Shown piece after piece: positions 1 to 8,643 of a DNA stretch of 36,237 nucleotides (position 1 is the first letter of the stretch; every line of letters begins with the position of its first letter). The stretch is taken from contig JBHLLM010000001.1 of the NCBI GenBank assembly GCA_048885575.1, positions 1-36,237 of the forward strand, given 5' to 3'. Origin of the DNA: Candidatus Hermodarchaeota archaeon. Lineage in GTDB: Archaea > Asgardarchaeota > Lokiarchaeia > Sigyniarchaeales > SOKP01. The notes beneath the pieces were generated by a model, which saw only the letters and a list, made by a program, of their open reading frames with translations, was not told where the DNA came from and made no database searches. The position numbers were made by a program, and so were the translations under genes.

Positions 1-491
1 TTAGTCGTGATAAAAGATAACATTCCCCCCGGCTTTAACTTTTCTATTCCTAAGTGAATAAAGAAGTAAAACAAATCCATATTTCCAACGAAATATTTTT
101 TACAAATCGCGTAAGTCTTTATAAGCTCTTGAAAAATTTGAGCATTATAGTTTTGTCCTAAATATGGTGGATTTCCTATAACAATATCGAATTTTTCATC
201 AATGCCTGATCCTAAGAAATTTTCAAACTTAAATTTTATATTTGGATAACTTTCTAAAAGATGAATTCTCAAATTTGGATCTAATTCATAAGCAGTAATG
301 TTTGTAAATCCTTCACTTAATATATACTTAAGAAAGATTCCTTTACCTGCACTAGGTTCGAGAATTTTAATCTTATCAATATTAAACCCATTATGAACTG
401 AAAGGTAATTTAACTTAATGTTTTTAGCCATAAATTCTGCAATGTAATCAGGAGTAAAAATTTGGCTGAATCGGTTTTTATTCAAATCCAT
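1..491 (-). CDS. N6-adenine DNA methyltransferase, N-terminal part (gene runs off the left edge of the window); TaqI/Eco57I-like gamma-class MTase
   Basis: Not in the ORF track because it is open to the edge. Manual reverse translation from ATG at 491: MDLNKNRFSQIFTPDYIAEFMAK...ILEPSAGKGIFL...FDIVIGNPPYLGQNY...GNMDLFYFFIHLGIEKLKPGGMLSFITT. It has FTP, a motif I-like EPSAGKG (SAM binding) and the catalytic NPPY motif IV. The frame stays open at nt 1, since 491 nt is 163 codons plus 2 nt. Confidence 0.75.
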   Translation of the reverse strand, partial: MDLNKNRFSQIFTPDYIAEFMAKNIKLNYLSVHNGFNIDKIKILEPSAGKGIFLKYILSEGFTNITAYELDPNLRIHLLESYPNIKFKFENFLGSGIDEKFDIVIGNPPYLGQNYNAQIFQELIKTYAICKKYFVGNMDLFYFFIHLGIEKLKPGGMLSFITT

Positions 492-580
492 TATTTACTA
501 GATTGTTGAAAGAAGCTAAATATTTGAAGTTTTTACTTAGATTTACTTTCAGTCTAAAAACAAGAAAAAAAAAGAATTTT

Positions 581-2107
581 TTAATGCTCGTGATGATGAT
601 CGTGGTGGTGCGATTTAATATTTACCGGCCTCATTTTGCCAATCGCCCAACCTGCGACCTCATTAAGAGAGGGATGGATTACCATTGATTTATAAACTGG
701 CATAAAAGAACCAGCTTCAGGACAGGCTCTACCCAACTTATGAGAACCCGTTCTTGCGGGAAAATCGGGAGAATCGCATGTATATCCGGCATTCATTAAA
801 TAAACAAAAGGTTGAACTAGTATCGCAGCATGAGGTCCAACCGCATGTGCACCTAATAGTTTATAGGATTTATCGATAATCAGTTTTACAAAACCGTCAT
901 CTATATCGTCTTTTTCATAACCCATCGCAAATCCTTTCGCTACAGACGAATAGTTATTTATTGCAACGAATATCTCGTGACCCTTTTCTATAGCTTCTGT
1001 TTGAGTCATACCCACATGTCCTATTTGGGGCGATGTAAAAATAGCCCAGGGAACAACAGAGTAATCAACCTCCTGTTTTTCGCTTTCAGGTCCAAATATG
1101 TTATTAGCACAAAGATCTGCTTCATAATTCGCTTTATGTCTAAATTGATAAAGACCATTTGCGTCTCCAAAGCACCAAATATTCGGTTTTGTGGTCTCTA
1201 GATATTTATTAGTTTTAATCCACCCGCGTTCATCAGTTTTAACCCCTGTATTTTCAACAGCTAATAAATCAGCATTAGAGCGACGTCCTGTGGCTATTAA
1301 AATTTCTTCGGCTTGCAGTTCTATTTCTTTCCCGCTGTCAACATTTTGGACGGTAACTGTTTTGAATTCCTTTTTCATACCTACTTTAATTGCTTTATGG
1401 TTTACTAACACAGTCATATATTTCTTTAAATTAGACTCCAAAAATTCACTTATTTCGGGTTCCTCAGTCATGACTAAACGAGGTAACATCTCTACAATAG
1501 TAATATTTGTACCAAATGCCGAAAATATATGAGCAAATTCAGTAGCAATGACTCCACCACCAATAATGATTAGACTACCCCAAGGTTTATTAGGAAACTT
1601 ATCTCCGAAGAAGTTTTCGTTTGTTAGGTATTCGATTTCATTTAATCCTTGTATAGGAGGAATGAAAGAACGCGCACCAGATGCTAATACAAATTTTTCT
1701 CCTTTAAAGTGGCCAATAATTTCTTCAGATCCTACAGATTTAACCTGCATTTCATAGTCTCCTACAAATTCGCCCACTCCTTTATAAAGTTTTAAATTTG
1801 GCACATGTGATAACCCTTCTTCTATTTCTTTACTTTCATCTATCTGGCTCCACATTCTTTTTGCAATTAAATCCCAATCAATGCCTTCAAGTTTAAATTT
1901 GATTCCTACTTTGGTAGCATGTTCTGCTTCTCTTATCAAATCTGCGGGGTGAACTAAAACTTTTGAGGGAATACAACCACGTGTTAAACATGTCGCTCCA
2001 AGTTTCGTGTTTTCAACTAGAGCACACTTTAAACCGATTTGAAGTCCATAGTTAAGGACACTCAACCCCGCTCCAGATCCAATAACCACTAAATCATATT
2101 TCTTCAT
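581..2107 (-). CDS. FAD-dependent pyridine nucleotide-disulfide oxidoreductase (dihydrolipoamide dehydrogenase / glutathione reductase family) with a His-rich C-terminal tail
   Basis: N-terminal FAD fold YDLVVIGSGAGL, redox-active disulfide motif GATCLTRGCIPSK, second Rossmann fold LIIIGGGVIATEFA, and the dimerisation-domain motif HPSLNE. It ends in HHHDHHHEH. Confidence 0.85.
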   Translation of the reverse strand: MKKYDLVVIGSGAGLSVLNYGLQIGLKCALVENTKLGATCLTRGCIPSKVLVHPADLIREAEHATKVGIKFKLEGIDWDLIAKRMWSQIDESKEIEEGLSHVPNLKLYKGVGEFVGDYEMQVKSVGSEEIIGHFKGEKFVLASGARSFIPPIQGLNEIEYLTNENFFGDKFPNKPWGSLIIIGGGVIATEFAHIFSAFGTNITIVEMLPRLVMTEEPEISEFLESNLKKYMTVLVNHKAIKVGMKKEFKTVTVQNVDSGKEIELQAEEILIATGRRSNADLLAVENTGVKTDERGWIKTNKYLETTKPNIWCFGDANGLYQFRHKANYEADLCANNIFGPESEKQEVDYSVVPWAIFTSPQIGHVGMTQTEAIEKGHEIFVAINNYSSVAKGFAMGYEKDDIDDGFVKLIIDKSYKLLGAHAVGPHAAILVQPFVYLMNAGYTCDSPDFPARTGSHKLGRACPEAGSFMPVYKSMVIHPSLNEVAGWAIGKMRPVNIKSHHHDHHHEH

Positions 2108-2238
2108 AAATTCAATTTTACATTTATAATTTTTAAATTTTTTACTAATTTTTTAAAGACTAAAGAAAATAAAGATAGATAGAAATATCTTTTTGTATAA
2201 ATTAAAAATAAATATTAGGCATTAACAAACTTAAAGAT

Positions 2239-3429
2239 TTACCTTCTCTTTTTAATAAAACCGCCTGACTTCATAAGATCGCAAGGATTAAGGTATTTTT
2301 TACCGCTTATTTTTACAAATTCTTCTAATAATTCAGACCATTTTTCATAATTAATTTTGCCAGGAACAAATGGTCCAGGCATACTTGTTCCAGCAAGCAT
2401 CACATCGTCAATAATTTTATATCCAGAAACTACATTCTCTTCTAGCAATTTACATCCCTCATTTAACATAATGGCCATCATCATTTCGGGATTTAAAATT
2501 CCTGCCTTTTTACTTAAATTTATTTTTGGTTTACCTCTCGTCCAGTCGTAGAACCCACGTCCTGTTTTTCTTCCTAAATATCCTTTTGTGATTAAATCAG
2601 TAAAAACTTTACCAGGAGCAAAATCAGGAGAAAAAATCATTTCAAAACTTTTCATTGCATTAAATGAAGTATCTATTCCTAAATAATCAGTTAATTCGCA
2701 TGGTCCCATTGGAGTTAATCTTCTAGCTTCAGCATCAGCATCTATTTGTTCCCATGGAATGCCTTTCTCGAAAGCTAAATCAAAAATCCAACTAAGATAG
2801 ATATTTTGAGAAATTAAAAGTCGATTTGCGATAAACCCCGGGCTTTCTTTCTCAATTCTAACGGAAATTCGTTTTCCTCTAAGACAAGGGAGTGTTTTCC
2901 CCATTTGCACCCCTAAATCTAGCGCTTTGTTCTTTGTTTTTTTCCCCCTCCTTACCTCAACACAGCATTGAAGGATGACTGGGAGGAAAAAATGCATTCC
3001 TATAACATTTTCTGGTCTATTTGAATCCTCAGCGATATCGGAAATTCTGAATGTGGAAGTATTTGATGCAAAAATACAGTGAGGGGGTGAATTCTCCATC
3101 ACTATTTTACATATTTCCTTCTTAATAGCTAATTTTTCAACAACAGCTTCAAATACAAAATCACTTTTATTAACTGCCGATCGTAAATCGATTGAGTCTT
3201 TGCATCGAGACATGATATTGGAAATGGTTATTCCTTCTTCTAGCTTACCTTTTACCTGAGCCTTTTTTAAACCCTCTACAATTTGTGCAATACCATTATT
3301 AACAATACTTTCTTCAATATCAACCAAAGTCACTTCAAATCCCGCCATCAAAGCAGCTTGAGCAATTCCATAACCCATGACTCCAGCTCCTATTACGGTA
3401 ATGTTTTTAATTCTATTAAAATCCATCAT
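2239..3429 (-). CDS. 3-hydroxyacyl-CoA dehydrogenase (NAD-binding, FadB/Hbd family)
   Basis: N-terminal Rossmann motif ITVIGAGVMGYGIAQ, plus ASNTS and PGFIANRL type motifs typical of 3HCDH N and C domains. The C-terminal part is extended. Confidence 0.85.
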   Translation of the reverse strand: MMDFNRIKNITVIGAGVMGYGIAQAALMAGFEVTLVDIEESIVNNGIAQIVEGLKKAQVKGKLEEGITISNIMSRCKDSIDLRSAVNKSDFVFEAVVEKLAIKKEICKIVMENSPPHCIFASNTSTFRISDIAEDSNRPENVIGMHFFLPVILQCCVEVRRGKKTKNKALDLGVQMGKTLPCLRGKRISVRIEKESPGFIANRLLISQNIYLSWIFDLAFEKGIPWEQIDADAEARRLTPMGPCELTDYLGIDTSFNAMKSFEMIFSPDFAPGKVFTDLITKGYLGRKTGRGFYDWTRGKPKINLSKKAGILNPEMMMAIMLNEGCKLLEENVVSGYKIIDDVMLAGTSMPGPFVPGKINYEKWSELLEEFVKISGKKYLNPCDLMKSGGFIKKRR

Positions 3430-3639
3430 TTTATGCTAACTTTAAAGATACAATTTTCTTTTTACCAAAATACCTAATTTAAGTTATTTTTAATGCGTAC
3501 TATCTTAAATATTACCCTTTACTTAAAAAGATTAAAAGTAGTGATATTAATACCAATAAATTACCGTTAAAGTAAGAAAATCTTTAAAGAAAGTTGGTTA
3601 AATATATAAAAAATGAAAAAGAAAGATTTTTTATAATAA

Positions 3640-4569
3640 TTAATTCTCGATAATATCCTTTAACTTAGGAAATATTCGAGGATAGTGAACAGCCATACAA
3701 TGAATTCCTGCCAGGAGGTTTTTATTTCTTAGTTCTGCTATAAATGGTTTAAAGAATTCATGATTATACTGGTCATATAATTCTTTTTGTCTCGCTTTAT
3801 CGCTAATTTCATTCTTTACACCCTTCCATTTAGCCAGGATTTCTTTGGGGACGCTAACACCTGGTACAAAAGTATCAAAACCTTTAGCAATTCCATATGA
3901 CTTCATTGGAAAGATTCCAAGTAGTACCGGAACTTTATACTTCTTGATTTCTGATAAGAACTCTATAGTTCTATCTAGATCATAAACTACTTGAGTTTGT
4001 ATAAATTCACAACCCGCTTCTGCCTTTCTACCTATTTTTAAAACTTCTGCACCCATCGGTTCTGCATTAGGATTTGCTGCTGCACCTACGTGTAGAGTTG
4101 GAGGTGCTTCGATTTCATTTCCGTTAATAGAGCCTTTATCGACCATTTCCCTTACTAACTTTACTAGCGTGGCGGAGTCGAGATCAAAAACAGGTTTTGA
4201 CTCGGGCATATCACCTAATGCTGTGTGATCACCAGTAAGTGAAAGTACATTGCGAATCCCTAAAGCATGGGCACCCATGATCATACCTGCAATTCCTAAT
4301 TTATTAACATCTCTAACGGTCATCTGCCATACGCATTCTAAACCTGTAGCTTTTTGAATTAAATGAGTAGCAGCCATCGAATTAATTGTAACTATCCCTA
4401 AAGGACTATCTGTTACATTTGCTGCGATTACATAAGGAGCCATCTCCTTAGCTTCTTGAATTGTATGAGAGAGATCTGTAGTTTTTTCGGGCTCAAGTTC
4501 TCCTGTTAGGATGAATTCACCCTTTGCAAGGGCTTCCCCTAATTTTGAAAATGCTTTTATTTCTGTCAT
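3640..4569 (-). CDS. metF: Methylenetetrahydrofolate reductase-like catalytic subunit MetF (copy 1, stand-alone MetVF pair)
   Basis: TIM-barrel MTHFR signatures (TGELEP, ANVTDSP, LSLTGDH, FIQTQVVYD). By eye about half the residues match the second copy at 11680-12630. A GGAGGT Shine-Dalgarno (SD) lies upstream and metV sits directly upstream. Confidence 0.85.
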   Translation of the reverse strand: MTEIKAFSKLGEALAKGEFILTGELEPEKTTDLSHTIQEAKEMAPYVIAANVTDSPLGIVTINSMAATHLIQKATGLECVWQMTVRDVNKLGIAGMIMGAHALGIRNVLSLTGDHTALGDMPESKPVFDLDSATLVKLVREMVDKGSINGNEIEAPPTLHVGAAANPNAEPMGAEVLKIGRKAEAGCEFIQTQVVYDLDRTIEFLSEIKKYKVPVLLGIFPMKSYGIAKGFDTFVPGVSVPKEILAKWKGVKNEISDKARQKELYDQYNHEFFKPFIAELRNKNLLAGIHCMAVHYPRIFPKLKDIIEN

Positions 4570-4576
4570 TTTATTT

Positions 4577-5242
4577 CTACCTCCATACTACTTCTCTTTG
4601 ATGACCAGATTCACTCCAATCTCTTGGTTCTCTTAATTTTGCAAAGTTCTCTAACTGCCCAAGATCCTTCAAGCGATTGTAGATTAATATCCACCCGCAA
4701 TCTTGCTCGTAATTACCAACTTCACACTTACCATTAACCATACCACCACATGGTCCGTTCATTAAGGATTTAGCACAAGTAGTAATCGGACAAATACCAC
4801 CAGTTTCATTTAACAAACATTGTCCGCATCCTAAGCACCTTTGATAAAATCTTCCAATTCTTTCAGTCATCCCGATGAATTGAGTGTCATTCGCTGAAAA
4901 CACGGGTTTCAAAGGATATTTTTTTGACAACACTTTCAGGATCGATTGAGCTCCATTTCCACAAGAAAGATTTAAAATTGCATCAGATTCTTGAAGCTCT
5001 GCGTCTATTTGTCTAAGATCTTTCACCATTACCCTATTATCGCAAACTTCATCAGAAACGATAGCTGTAGTCACTGTAAACCCTTCTCGCTCTAATTTTT
5101 CCGTCATCTCTTTAGCACCCTCAGTTCCTCCCGTTTGACACAAAGCAGCACAAGAACCACAAGATACTATTGCGATTTTATTTACTTTCTTTAAAGCATT
5201 TAGAACTTCTTCAAATGGTTTTTTTGTAGTTATTGTTGTCAT
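4577..5242 (-). CDS. metV: MetV, Cys-rich small subunit of MetVF-type methylene-THF reductase (MTHFR C-terminal-like domain)
   Basis: Cys clusters VSCGSCAALCQ, CLGCGQC, CPITTCAK and NGPCGG...CE...C, as in acetogen MetV. There is a 7-nt gap to metF. Paralogous to 12631-13329. Confidence 0.8.
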   Translation of the reverse strand: MTTITTKKPFEEVLNALKKVNKIAIVSCGSCAALCQTGGTEGAKEMTEKLEREGFTVTTAIVSDEVCDNRVMVKDLRQIDAELQESDAILNLSCGNGAQSILKVLSKKYPLKPVFSANDTQFIGMTERIGRFYQRCLGCGQCLLNETGGICPITTCAKSLMNGPCGGMVNGKCEVGNYEQDCGWILIYNRLKDLGQLENFAKLREPRDWSESGHQREVVWR

Positions 5243-5473
5243 AGATGATGGAATTGTCGAAATAATTAAAAATTAATTGTTTTAATTAATTAGAGATCAA
5301 AAACCATAAAAACTCTGATCAAAAAAAAAAAAAATCTAAAAAATCTAAAAACCTATTATTGTATTTGAAATAAAAGTTTTTTAATGTTTAGATAAAATCA
5401 TTTTCTTCCAATCTAAACTTAAGTTAAAATTATTAAAAATTAAATCTATAAGTATTAATAAAGAAAGTCGATC

Positions 5474-6247
5474 ATGTCGGATTTTAAATTTGTAGAATAT
5501 AAAGGAGTTAAATATGAGGTTTTAAGCGACATTGGTCACTTAGATTACCTAAATCTACGTGGAGTAGGGATTGAAGATATCACAGAAGTAAAAAACCTCG
5601 ATAAATTGGAAAACTTAAAATCATTAGTCTTAGATAATAATAAGCTATCTAAAATCATAGGGCTTGAAAATTTATTAAATCTAGAAATTTTGAACTTGAG
5701 TGGAAATCCAGTTCGTAAAATTGAAGATTTAGACAATCTTAAGAGACTCAAGATTCTAAGATTAAATAATTGTAAAATTTCGAAAATTGAGGGGCTTAGT
5801 TCGTTAATGAACTTAAAGACTTTAAAATTAAGATTTAACGAAATAAGTGAAATATCTGGAGTTGATTCACTACAAAAGCTCGAAGTTTTAGACATTTCTC
5901 ATAACAATATAAGAGAAGTAAAAAACCTTAATAATCTGAAACAGCTTATCCAAATTGACTTATCTCACAATCATATTCAAGATATGAATGGATTTCAGAA
6001 TTTATCTAACCTCAAACGGCTATATTTAAATGTAAACCAGATTAAAGTAGTTAGAAGTCTAGAAGAACTCGTGAAATTACAGGAATTAAATGTTGCGAAT
6101 AATCCTATTGAAAAAATAGAAAATTACGAGAGTTTAAAAAACTTATGGACAATCACAATAAGTACGGAAAATCTCACAAATTTAGAGTTTAGTAAATTTA
6201 CAACTTACTTTAGACCTGGCAGAGATGGTGATTATTTCCCAAAATAA
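5474..6247 (+). CDS. Leucine-rich repeat protein (SDS22-like 22-residue LRRs), no other domain
   Basis: Nine consecutive 22-aa units of the form LxxLxxLxxLxLxxNxIxxIxx (residues 20-217) plus a partial cap repeat. Confidence 0.85.
   Translation: MSDFKFVEYKGVKYEVLSDIGHLDYLNLRGVGIEDITEVKNLDKLENLKSLVLDNNKLSKIIGLENLLNLEILNLSGNPVRKIEDLDNLKRLKILRLNNCKISKIEGLSSLMNLKTLKLRFNEISEISGVDSLQKLEVLDISHNNIREVKNLNNLKQLIQIDLSHNHIQDMNGFQNLSNLKRLYLNVNQIKVVRSLEELVKLQELNVANNPIEKIENYESLKNLWTITISTENLTNLEFSKFTTYFRPGRDGDYFPK
5531..6124 (+). repeat. 66-nt periodic coding repeat (9 LRR units) inside the LRR gene
   Basis: Repeat register read from the protein: LDKLENLKSLVLDNNKLSKIIG / LENLLNLEILNLSGNPVRKIED / LDNLKRLKILRLNNCKISKIEG and so on. 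It also produces the antisense shadow ORF at 5545-5895. Confidence 0.8.
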
Positions 6248-6306
6248 AACTCATGGAATAATGGATTCTTCTAAAATTTAAAAAATAAAAATGAAGAAAT
6301 TTGATC

Positions 6307-7794
6307 TTATTGTATTAAGGTAGGTAGGATTTTTGCTATTGGAACAGCTAAACCACCTAGTAAAGAACCTAAAGAAGTCAGTTTTTTCAAGTAATCTTTT
6401 AAGTTTTTAGTAACTTTTATCGTTTTTGTTTTTCCTTCTATAATGGTGCCATCAGATGACATTAAAAAGATTTGAATAGTTTGTTCTCCCGTCTCTCTTG
6501 GTTCTAAGGTTAACCATGTTGTATCTCCATTCTCTAACATAGTTGATAATATACTCGCAATATCAGTACCTTCAGAAGAAATTAAAGGAACAGATTTATT
6601 AGGAATTAAGAAATTGCCTCTTCCTTCAACCTTGATATCTAACTTCAGTTTGTCAGGTTCGAATCCGGGAGCTACTACCTTTATAGCGTAATTCTTGGCT
6701 TCAGGAGCATTATTATAGAGGAAAATCATGACATTAAGTTCTGAGTTTAAATATACAACCTCTTGTGCTGAAGAGTCCATATATATCGGATCTTTTGAGA
6801 GACGCTCAATATTATCAGCAAGTTCTAATTGAAGCCTATCTATAATGTTAAAAAATCCAGGGTTGTACTTTTTGATATAATTGAATAATTTGTAGATATC
6901 AGAAGCAGAGAAATACCACAAGCCTTCAATTAATAAACCCTTTTCAATGTCAAACGTAGTAGAATCTACATTAATTACTTCTTTTAATTCACGAGTAAAT
7001 TGTTCGTCTGATAAAACGCCTTGATATCGCAAATAGTATAAAAACAATATTGATTCAATTCCAAAAGTTAATGGTAATTCATTTTCCTCGGCTTCTTTAA
7101 CCTTTTGAATAAAGGTTGGCGTTAATATTGCTTCAATCCCTGCTAAATATTCGTCCCATTTGAGAAATGTAACCGGATCTAAATGATCTGAAAAAACTTC
7201 TGCAAAAAAATTATCTAGAAAGATCTGATGGGTTGTAGGTTTATAGAAATCCTGAAGACCGTTTACATCATGTATATTTAAGTTTAAACTTCGAATTATT
7301 ATTGCTAATCCTAATCCTATTAGTGCAAAACCCGCGGCTGCGAATCCTAAGTTTAAATCTCCAAAAAATAACATTATCAAGAACAAGGCAAGTGCGATAA
7401 AACAAATTAAAGCGATAATTTTGAGTAAATTAACAACTCGTTTAACGCTAGAAAACAACATGTCAAACCCATCAAGGCTGTCAATTGGTCTCCCTCTTTT
7501 TCTTTCAAATTTTAATCTTAATTTAAGAGAAGAATTTGTAGAATTTGCTCCTAATAATAACATTACTGAATTGAAAGCATATAATCCTAAGATCACGAAA
7601 AATACGATTTTCAACGTAAAGTCCAACACTGAGATAAAAGCGAGAATAGTTACTATTAATAGAAGAATAGGAAGAACAAATAGCAGAAGTTTACCAAATC
7701 CAGATACATATTTGACCATTTTTCCCTGAAAGCGTTCCTTTTTAATTATTTTAGATAAATCTTTTTCTAATTCTCTTCCCATAATATAAACCAA
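6307..7794 (-). CDS. Uncharacterised membrane protein: about 4 N-terminal TM helices, a central helical region, a beta-rich C-terminal domain and a hydrophobic C-terminal tail
   Basis: Long ORF (495 aa). Hydrophobic segments include LLLFVLPILLLIVTILAFISVL, IVFFVILGLYAFNSVMLLLGA, IIALICFIALALFLIMLFF and GFAAAGFALIGLGLAIII. The C-terminal tail is LGSLLGGLAVPIAKILPTLIQ. I recognised no family motif. Confidence 0.6.
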   Translation of the reverse strand: MVYIMGRELEKDLSKIIKKERFQGKMVKYVSGFGKLLLFVLPILLLIVTILAFISVLDFTLKIVFFVILGLYAFNSVMLLLGANSTNSSLKLRLKFERKRGRPIDSLDGFDMLFSSVKRVVNLLKIIALICFIALALFLIMLFFGDLNLGFAAAGFALIGLGLAIIIRSLNLNIHDVNGLQDFYKPTTHQIFLDNFFAEVFSDHLDPVTFLKWDEYLAGIEAILTPTFIQKVKEAEENELPLTFGIESILFLYYLRYQGVLSDEQFTRELKEVINVDSTTFDIEKGLLIEGLWYFSASDIYKLFNYIKKYNPGFFNIIDRLQLELADNIERLSKDPIYMDSSAQEVVYLNSELNVMIFLYNNAPEAKNYAIKVVAPGFEPDKLKLDIKVEGRGNFLIPNKSVPLISSEGTDIASILSTMLENGDTTWLTLEPRETGEQTIQIFLMSSDGTIIEGKTKTIKVTKNLKDYLKKLTSLGSLLGGLAVPIAKILPTLIQ

Positions 7795-8254
7795 TTGTTT
7801 GGTATCTGTTAATTTAAAAATATATATAGGTAGAATAATAGAAATAGTGATTTAAAATTTTAATGAAATACTAATTCAGGACGAAAATATTTTTAGAATG
7901 AGTAAAGATTTGACCATTAAGTTATGAGTTTTTTTTCATATTTTTAGTAGCATTTTTATGTATATATTTGACGATTTTCAGACATTTTTTTTGAATATTT
8001 GTGAAAAACGGAAAAAAGATTCTTAAAAAATTCATTTCTTGATCATTTTTTGATTTTTAATGCAATTCTGAGGGACTTTTTTCCCCCCAAATAACGATTT
8101 CCTTTTTCGTTTTTGTTGTTTTCAGAAAAGGTCATTTTATTAATGATTCGCCTGATTTTGTAAATCTGGCTAAGGAAAATTTCCCAATACATTTATATAC
8201 TTAACTAGTTAAACAATATTTAGAAAAAAAAATAATATAAAAAACCAAAGTAAT

Positions 8255-8605
8255 GTGATAAAAAAAATGGAAATATTAAAACTTCAAGAAAAAATAATTA
8301 ACCTTACAGATGAGCAAATAAATGATTTGTATTCGTTTGCCAGTAGAGTAACCCAAGAAACAATTGATGAGTTAGCTCCAATCTTATTAGAGACTTGTTT
8401 AAAAGCCGAATCTGGTGTTTTAAAAAACGAATTAGGACGAATAATTTTCCATCTACAGAAAATAGAGAGATTGAACACCCGAATTGGTTTTGAGAAACTG
8501 CTACATGGTGCCTTAAAAGTAGATGCTAAAGAAGTTTTTAAGGTTCTTGAATCTGGAGCTTCAGATGCTAAAAATTTAGCTGATAAAATTAAAACTGTAT
8601 TATAA
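8255..8605 (+). CDS. Hypothetical small helical protein (116 aa from GTG, or 112 aa from ATG at 8267)
   Basis: Only long ORF in this interval, followed by a T9 run. No recognisable motif. Confidence 0.5.
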   Translation: MIKKMEILKLQEKIINLTDEQINDLYSFASRVTQETIDELAPILLETCLKAESGVLKNELGRIIFHLQKIERLNTRIGFEKLLHGALKVDAKEVFKVLESGASDAKNLADKIKTVL

Positions 8606-8613
8606 AGAAAAAG

Positions 8614-8622
8614 TTTTTTTTT
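8614..8622 (+). terminator. Oligo-T tract (T9), candidate archaeal intrinsic terminator after the 8255-8605 ORF
   Basis: A run of 9 T starts 9 nt after the stop codon. Archaeal RNAP terminates at oligo-T. Confidence 0.3.
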
Positions 8623-8643
8623 AGTTCTTATTTTATTTAATTA

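Noticed and set aside
503-688. 61-aa plus-strand ORF overlapping the 3' end of the flavoprotein gene
   Set aside because: It overlaps the His-tail coding region in antisense (its VMMIVVV is the mirror of HHHDHHH). It has no SD or promoter logic.
977-1757. Plus-strand ORFs 977-1201, 1191-1532 and 1548-1757 from the six-frame track
   Set aside because: They lie entirely antisense to the well-supported 508-aa flavoprotein gene. They have low-complexity, Ser/Ile/Phe-rich translations and no motifs. These are typical shadow ORFs in AT-rich DNA.
5271-5346. Two AATTAATT palindromes 13 bp apart (5271-5291), repeated GATCAAAAA / ATCTAAAAA units and an A14 run (5321-5334) in the metV1-LRR divergent region
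   Set aside because: These could be phased A-tracts or an operator. However, such AT-only palindromes and A-runs are expected at high frequency at this composition, and I cannot separate them from background without statistics.
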